Part shown: positions 54,267-64,000 of the stretch, piece by piece
Layout: the number at the start of each line of letters is the position of its first letter
Position numbering within the stretch: the stretch's first letter is position 1
Origin: Dimorphilus gyrociliatus
Taxonomy: Eukaryota > Animalia > Annelida
Direction of reading: 5' to 3'
NCBI GenBank assembly: GCA_904063045.1
Contig: CAJFCJ010000004.1
Span: 246,195-310,194, forward strand
DNA length: 64,000 bases
Notes under the pieces: model-generated
The model's database searches: none
What the model was told of the DNA's origin: nothing
What the model saw: only the letters and a program-made list of their open reading frames with translations
Program-made: the position numbers and the translations under genes

Positions 54267-54372
54267 TATAAAAAAAAACTGTTAAAAATAAGAAAAAATA
54301 TAAACATAATTTTTATTTCTATTAGGGTGAGTATTAAAAAAAAAATAAGAATCAAAAAATTTTGCAAAGTGT

Positions 54373-57300
54373 TCAGACCTGTTCGTCAATTACTTCGTTA
54401 CTACGGCGATCATAAATAAAAACCGATTATTGTCCTGTCAGTTTACCTTACTCCTTGCTTTTGTTCTCTTGCCCTCCTACATTCTTCGGCTTTGTCGAAG
54501 ATACACTTACGTTCGGCTTTCAGTAGTTCTATTACTTCGAGAAATTTAGTGGTTACTTTTTTTAACTCCCTTTCAAGACTATTTATTTTACGGTTTAGCT
54601 GTTCCTTTCCTTCTTCACTCTCTTGTTTTATCCTTTCTCGACTACTCTCTTGATTTTTTATCTCGTTTTTTAATAAAACAATTTTTTCTTCATATTCCTT
54701 TACTCTCGTCTGATATATTTCCTTCTCTTGTTTTAGCTTCTCTTCAAAAAGTTTTCTCCTACTCTCTTCTGTCTCCAATTCTCTTTTTTTCAATCTTTCT
54801 ATCTCTTTCTCTTCCTCTTCCAACTTTCTTTGATAACGTTTTCTCTGATCTTCAAGTTTTTCATCGCAGACACGTCTATCTTCCTCTAACTTTTGAACTT
54901 TTCTTTCATAAATTTCTCGAATCTCTTCTTCTCCTCTCTTAAGTCTTTGTAAATCTCTTTCTTCCTCCAATTTCCGCTGATATCGTCTTCTCTCCTCCCG
55001 CACTTGATCTTCATATAGACGTTTCTCCTCTTCAATCTTACTTAATTTTTCATTGAGTTCCTTCAATTTACCTTCCAATTCGCTCTCGTTCATTTGATAT
55101 CTTTTTATCCTCTTTTCATGATCATCCAACTCAACATCAAATCTCTTTTGGTAAACTTTCTTATCTTCCTCCGAAACTTCTAATTTGAGTTCATACTCTT
55201 TAATCTTCCTCTCAAAGTCATTTTGTTGATTTTTTAAGTTATGCTTTTCGTCTTCAAACTTTCTTTTATGCAATTTACTTTCTTCTTCCAAACGTTTAAA
55301 CCTCGTTTCATATTCCTCTTTTAGACTTTCTATCAATTTTTCATACGAATCGACTTTCGAGTTCTTTTTTTGTTTTTCTTCCAATCGATTTTCATAATAC
55401 GCGGTTAAATCACTAATTTTCCTTTCGTACTTAGCCTTCATATCATCGATTTCTTTCTGTAAGCTAAAAATATCAAAGAAATAACAAATAACTGATTTGT
55501 ATGTCTTTATTGTTATACTATAAAAAAAACATTACTTACACATTTGCTTGTATTTCATTGTTGGTTTTCTCAGTAAGCTTTCTTCTCGTCTCAGGGTCCA
55601 TTGCCTTCTTTAACATGTTATTCTAAAAAATGTCAAATGTATAAAATTTCTTCTTATAAGATCTATGTGAAATTAATACCTCGTGAATGAGTTTACGAAT
55701 AATAGACACTCGATGGTCTTCGTTAACTCTCACAACATTCACGATATTTCTTGCTTTTTGTGCATATCGTAGTGTAGAAATGGTTTCTTCGTAATTTGAA
55801 CTAGCCGGACTAATTGTAGCTAACATTGCTGTCTTACTATTACCTCCAAGACTATCTTTTAGCAAAAATGTCAACTGAGACTCTCGGTAAGGTATATATA
55901 TAGACTGCGATTTCTGATTATCAGGGTTTTGGGAGAGCTGTGTGATGACTTTTCCCAATGTCATCAGACTAAGATTTATAGACTTTCCCTCCTGAAGACG
56001 TTCACCTGTACTACCGGATGCCGCGGCTCTCTCTGATCCAGCTAAATCTACCATATTTATTCTCGAAGTAACGTTATGTTCTTGCACAGTCCCTTCAATA
56101 GTTTCACCCTTCGATTGCGTTAATACCAAAGTGAAAACTGCGTGTGATCTTGATGATTTATCATTCATCCCTGTACTGGCTGTAGCCCTATTTCTCAATC
56201 CTACATTTATCCAATTTAAAGCCTCATCGGCTGAGTCAATACTATAACAAGTTAATCCTTCAACGTAAGGTCCGAAGGTCTGGTGTTCCCTCACTTTCAG
56301 CTAATTTAAGAGAATTTGAATTATAAGCCTGATCATAAATAGTTTAAGTGATAAACGAAAAAGAAAACCACATACATTCTTTCTAGATGGTGTGTTTCCT
56401 GTATTAGACACTCTTCCACAGGAGTATCCGTCGTCATATAAATCATGAATTTTCTCATTATAAATTTCGTAAAAGCTTAATTCAACTTTGGTTCTGATAT
56501 CGTCGCTTAAATTAGAAATTCGTTTGAAAAAGTCTATGCAAAATCTTGGTATTATTCCTTGACTTTTCTCATCTCCCATCATAGAATGACTCTTTCCGCT
56601 TGACGTTTGACCGTAAGCTAAAAGGCAAGTGTTGAAGCCTCTAAATGCAACATCAATTAAAGGCTTGGCTAGAACTTCGTAGACTCTTTGCTGGTCAGAA
56701 AAGTTAGAGTGATTCGGTTCGCATGACCAAAATGAATGCTCATATACAAATTTGTGTACTGTCGAATTATGGCTGATTGTTGTTTCATTATCTTGCATAC
56801 TAACAACGATTTTTGCATCGTGTTCTTTTTCACGTTCCAAGAGAGGTCTACAACGAACAGCAACTACTATTCGACAATCTTCTTGACTATCAGATTTCAT
56901 GGTTTCCAACTCTAAAGTAAAAATAAAAACGACTGAAAATATTTATTCAATTGATGATAAGAGGTAAAAAATCCATGTTATTGTGAAAAACAAAGGTTAT
57001 TCAAGAGTCTTTATAGAATTCCATTTGAAAAATCCAGGGTATTTACTTTCTAATTAAATCAATTATACTTCAAACTTAGCAATCAAATTCTTTTTCAGAG
57101 TATTCGAGTGCTTTATAAACAGGAAAGAAAAAGGTAATTATAGCTTACGTTTCATTGACGAGTCTAGGGTATATCTGCGACTTGGGGAGGGGACAATATG
57201 GAACAATGCAGAGGGATTTTCGTAAGGAGCCGATCGTCGAATTTCCGGGGAGCCAGTTATACCCGTGTTATCAAAAATAGAGCATTCCGCATTATTAAGT

Positions 57301-57476
57301 TTGGTATATCCTTCCTTCCTACTTCCTCCTACTGTGGTTTCTAACGTGTGTTTGTTAAATCTTACAGATTTGGAACTTCGTCCTAACGGAGTGGAGGATC
57401 TTGTACGCTTTGGAGAAGAATTTTCGACCATAGGGTCGAATTTTCTAGCTTTCGCCAGTCGCGACCTGGTATCCAT
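54373..57476 (-). CDS. KIF14: Kinesin-3 KIF14-like motor with long charged coiled-coil tail
   Basis: P-loop GQTSSGKS, switch I RATASTGMNDKSSRSH, switch II SRINMVDLAGSER and LGGNSKTAMLATISP are KIF14-type motor motifs. Confidence 0.78.
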
Positions 57477-58405
57477 TACTGAAAATCAATTGTTTTAAAG
57501 TTTAACACACGAGGATGTAAAGAATCCACTTTCCATTAATTTGAAATTTCTGATTAAGAAGAGAGGAAATTGCATACTATCATTTCAATATAAAATAAAA
57601 AATTCTATAGCTATTAAATTAATTACCTGCCCGAAAGTCAGCGGTATAATCTGCATAAAATTAGCAATTATATTATCAGTTCTTTTAAAAAACAACCATA
57701 TAACGGAAATTAATCTAACTGAAATATGGTTGCTGACTCTTATTCAGACACGAACCAGTCTCTTTTTTACCTTGACCTTAGAAATGGCGCAAATATTAAG
57801 TACCAGCCGCTTTGATAGAAACAATGGCAGCATGCAGAGGGGTTCGACAAAAAATGTCTAATGCTGAAAAATTATGAGATTAAAATTTTGAATGATAATG
57901 GGTCAAAGTAACTAACCCATAAAAAATAATAAAGTAACTATTGATTTTTATTTAAATGAATTTCAATTAAAGGTTAAGAAGAATAGAAGAGCTAAGGCTG
58001 GCTGAGGGTAAAATGGAAAATTCAGTGTTTTCTGTTGCGACCCATCATGGAAAATAATTCGTCACGAAATATATATTCCAATAAAATTCAGATTTTAAAT
58101 AAATTTTTTTAAAAGATTTCATCCAAGTACATGTAACTGAAATATATTAAAGATTCAATCAAAAATCATTAATTTTCACAGTAGTCACAGAAATTGTTTT
58201 GAATGTTTGTAATTTGTATTAACAAATTAAGCGGAGACTCAGTTTCAAAAGAAACAGTACAGACTTACAGAATGTTGAAAATAATTGTTTCATAAATGAA
58301 GTGTTCCATCATATAATCCACAAGCGAACACAAACGATACAAATTTATTCTCTGTAAAACGCTTACTTAAATACTTTGCTCTGCCAACATTCTTAAAGTA
58401 ATTTA

Positions 58406-59913
<1,508 letters not shown>

Positions 59914-59980
59914 TCTTCGAAAATCGCACATGTATTTGAGTTTCCGCTTCCGTTTAAGTGGATTAGTCGGGTGTCGCCGA

Positions 59981-60000
59981 TTTCCTCTTCCTTTTCGTCT
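59981..60000 (+). promoter_or_regulatory. Polypyrimidine TCT initiator / 5'TOP of RPS15
   Basis: TTTCCTCTTCCTTTTCGTCT 20-40 nt upstream of a ribosomal protein ATG. Confidence 0.7.
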
Positions 60001-60019
60001 GCAACTACAGAACAGCAAG

Positions 60020-60821
<802 letters not shown>

Positions 60822-61087
60822 ACTTCACGGCTTATGTGCGTTGTGGAGAATGTATTAATAATACATTTAGTATCTTGAAAATATCTGAAAACTTGTAGCT
60901 TAATTTGGCGGAATAGCGATTTAAATAGCATAACAACATGCCTAGGTAATAGATTTATTCTGACAAAACACCTCAATATAAAGCTTTCGGACATATAACA
61001 ATATCTATTACAGATATTTGATAAAATAAGCATATATAACACTTGAATCTGTACTACATTTATAACTAAAGTGAAAAATTGTAAATC

Positions 61088-62974
61088 TCAATCGCTCTCT
61101 GAATCCGTTTCACTCTTCATCGCTTTTATTGTGCTTTCAACTAAGATTTTATCTTCTTCATCGTAGTCCCTCTTAACTTTAACGTCATTAGATTTACTAC
61201 GTCGTCTTCGCCGTTCTTTGCTCTTGTCTCGTCGGTCTCTGTGCCTAATCGAACGAGATCTTCTGGATCTTCTCTTTCGGCTCCTTGATCTAGATTTTCG
61301 TCGGGAACGAGAATGCCTTCTTTTAGACCTGGATCTCCTGTGCCTTGATTTTGATCTGTGGCGTCTTTTCGATCTTGAACGTGATCTCTTATAAGCTTTT
61401 GGCTTCTTTTCTTCGTCGCTATCGTGTCGTTTCTTCTTTGTTACTGGTTCCGTTTCCTCGCATTCACTTTCCTAGTTTAAAAAATTCAATTTGGGAATTG
61501 AAATATTTAAAAAGAAATTTACCTTAGACTTTTCGATTTCTCTTTCATCCTTTGTATCTTTTGCGTCTTCTTTAGATCTTGTTTCTGCCTCATCTTTTTC
61601 CTCTGTTAGCTCATCAGTGCTTTTTCTGTCCTCCTTCTCGCGACGCTTTGATTTGCGTTCACGAGACTTCGACCTTGACTTTCTGCGTCGGCGAGTTCGT
61701 GATCTTGAACGACGACGTCTTGCCGATCTACTTCTCGATCGCCTTCTTCTACTTCTCGAACGAGATCGGCGTCTCGACGACCTTAAAGTTGTATTAAAAT
61801 CGCTTTTTAATATTATATATTCTATCTAACTACATCTTATTGTTCAATTTTAATGACTTTAAAGAAATTAAAATTAAATTGTATGAAACACCTACCTTGG
61901 AGCTGGACTATAAGAACGCCTGACCCTGGAGTGATGTCCAGGAGATACAGATCGCCTTGGACTTCTGGAGTGGCTTCTGGACTTTGGACGTTTTTTTCCC
62001 ATTGTCCCTGGAGTTACAGCAGATTCAACACCTGTGCCAGCTGCCTTGGCAATGATAATTTGAGCTTCAGTTACCCTCTTCAAGGACTCTTCATATTCTT
62101 TGTTCTGCTCCATATTGTCATCTTTAATTGAAATTGTCGATTGCCGAACGCTTTAACAAACGAAAAAGTTGAGTGTAAATAATAGATTTTTTTTAGACAA
62201 ATTAAAAGAATATTTACATAATCGTTTCTTTCTCAAAAAATGCTGAATTCAAGCTTAGTGCAACGGAAACGGAATTCAGAGCAGCGTATTCAATAAAAGC
62301 CCCTCGAACTTCTATTCCATTTTCATCTATTCCAGTAGCAGCTCTCAAAAACTTGACATCTCCCGCTTGGGAGAAAAAGTTCATAACTTGATCAATACTT
62401 ACATCAGGCAAATTAGAAGCTACAACTGTTCTTGCTATCTGATCCTCTCTCTTTTTTTGATTAGGCTATAACAAAGTACATGTAACTTAGAAAATTCTCT
62501 CAAAATAGAAATATTACTTACATTGATAATGGTCTTCATTACTTCATCCTCTCTCATAGGTAAATGAGACATTGTAGCCTGATGGCTCATCATAAGAGCA
62601 TTTGCAGCCTGTAAAGCTGTTGTTTCATCGGGAATTTTACCTGTTAAGATGGTCAAGTTTGATAGTGCATTATTTTTGTCTATTATCTAGTATTATTAGA
62701 AAGCAGCGATCTTCTTACCTGGTTCATAAGCCCTCACATCTATCATTCGATCAAGAAATACAGTATTGTTTAAATGTAATGCAACTGAAACTGTTTCAGA
62801 ACTATCGAACTTTATAAACAAAATTTTTGTTGCAACCGGTATAACAGGATTATCCCGCTCCGGAAATAGCTTCATGTCAGATATTCGACCAATTGGATAA
62901 AACAAATTGCGCATATGCTCTCTTGTCACGGAGGGAGACAGATTTGCGACTTGAATAACTCTTGTGTACCCCAT
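61088..62974 (-). CDS. SREK1: SR-related splicing factor SREK1/SRSF11 (Srp54) family: two RRMs plus RS/EK tail
   Basis: RRM1 VIQVANLSPS..HLNNTVFLDR; GKIPDE; RRM2 QVMNFFSQAGDVKF..FIEY; long RS dipeptide tail. Confidence 0.88.
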
Positions 62975-63277
62975 TGTATTACAATAGCTGAAACACATAT
63001 ATCAAGTTAGCATAAAGAACGCACCGCAAACGAATAGGTAACGAATTGATCAATTGGACTCCGTTTACTTAGAATCTTGATCTTATATCTATAAAAATAA
63101 CTTTATTTAGTTTACCTAGGTTTACTTCAATAGGTATAAACTGGGATTATTCATAAACTATTTATTAGTATCAAAAATAACAAAAAACTCACGGTACAAC
63201 TAAACGATAATATGAAGCTTTAAAACAGGAAGTTTCGATAAAAATTAAGTTACCAGTTTTCGTAATTTATTTTCAAG

Positions 63278-64000
63278 ATGGCGGAAACCGAAGAAAGAAT
63301 CTACAGAAGAAATCTTCCTGGCACTAAATTTAAAGTAATATGAAAAAATACCCTAAAAGTTTTCTCAAATAGTTAACCATTAAAACCGATCTTTACAGGA
63401 CTGGTGTCAATGGCCGGAGCAATCGTTTCAAGACATGGACAGCACTTTGGCAGTCCAACAAGTAAGCATAACAAATTTTATTAATTGCAACAATAAATAG
63501 CTAACTTCTGATCACAATTAGTATATTCAACAAATGATTCGGCGGGATTATTCCGATTGTGAGGCAATTTTAGCTCAACCTGAAAATCAAGATGAAGGAG
63601 TTTGGAAATACGAACATCTTAGACAATTTTGCATGGAGCTAAATGGTTTAGCCGTCTACTTACAAGTAATTCTTAAGCCAGTTTTTTTTTTTAAATTAAA
63701 AGCAGAGAAGTTGCATTGACATCTTTCAGAGAATGTAAAAAAGATTATATGCCTTTGCAAATAGGAAGCCTTGTTTAATATAATTTACTGGTCAATTAAG
63801 TTGTTCTAATATTTACAAAAATCTATATCAGGAAGAATGTCATCCGGAAAAGTGCAGTCAAATGACAGCAACAGAACAATGGATTTTTCTATGTGCAGCT
63901 CATAAAACGCCAAAAGAATGTCCAGCTATTGATTATACAAGACACACATTAGATGGTGCAGCTTGTCTGTTAAACAGTAATAAATACTTTCCTAGCAGGT
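63278..64000 (+). CDS. MOB4: MOB4/phocein (3'-truncated by the window)
   Basis: RRNLPGTK|..[10 protein letters not shown]|[27 protein letters not shown]..|[54 protein letters not shown]. Confidence 0.97.

Noticed and set aside
57070-57111. 42-nt AG/GT-flanked segment in KIF14 intron 1 as a poison exon
   Set aside because: The upstream intron would be only 38 nt, and exon 1 splices in frame directly to 56911. There is too little support.
57541-57861. 106-aa plus-strand ORF upstream of KIF14
   Set aside because: No ATG start, low-complexity AT-biased composition and no recognisable domain. It is probably promoter DNA.
61491-61829. Plus-strand ORFs with RRL/LLD repeats (also 61345, 61579, 61853)
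   Set aside because: These are antisense shadows of the SREK1 RS domain.

Overview
AT-rich, very gene-dense animal (invertebrate) nuclear DNA. Most introns are about 45-65 nt, so the ORF track shows exon fragments only. The style suggests a compact lophotrochozoan genome such as the annelid Dimorphilus; this is an inference and was not verified. By manual splicing I find about 22 protein genes, mostly housekeeping. Left half: SYMPK (partial), CSE1L, RAB11, SMIM30, WBP2, RBSN, SEC23, RPA1 and a divergent Mi-2/CHD3-5. A ubiquitin-ligase island follows (BTB, RING-B-box, BTB-kelch). Right half: TLCD5, MDC1, MED9, DKC1, MAP1LC3, PNPLA4-like, TCTEX1D1, KIF14-like, PRMT1, RPS15, SREK1 and MOB4 (partial). 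There is also an array of 5 identical tRNA-Ala(UGC) genes and a THAP-domain fragment. Genes are mostly arranged as head-to-head pairs. The most notable unannotated structure is a pair of duplicated, alternative last exons in the PNPLA4-like lipase, invisible in the ORF track. Other leads: an FHA-less KIF14; a Mi-2 paralogue with a stop in its candidate first exon and a DR0 element upstream; a recurring CGGAA-R-CGGAA promoter motif; a GC-AG intron in RBSN; and a possible broken secreted-peptide gene behind an RFX X-box. Gene names come from my recognition of the protein sequences, not from database searches.
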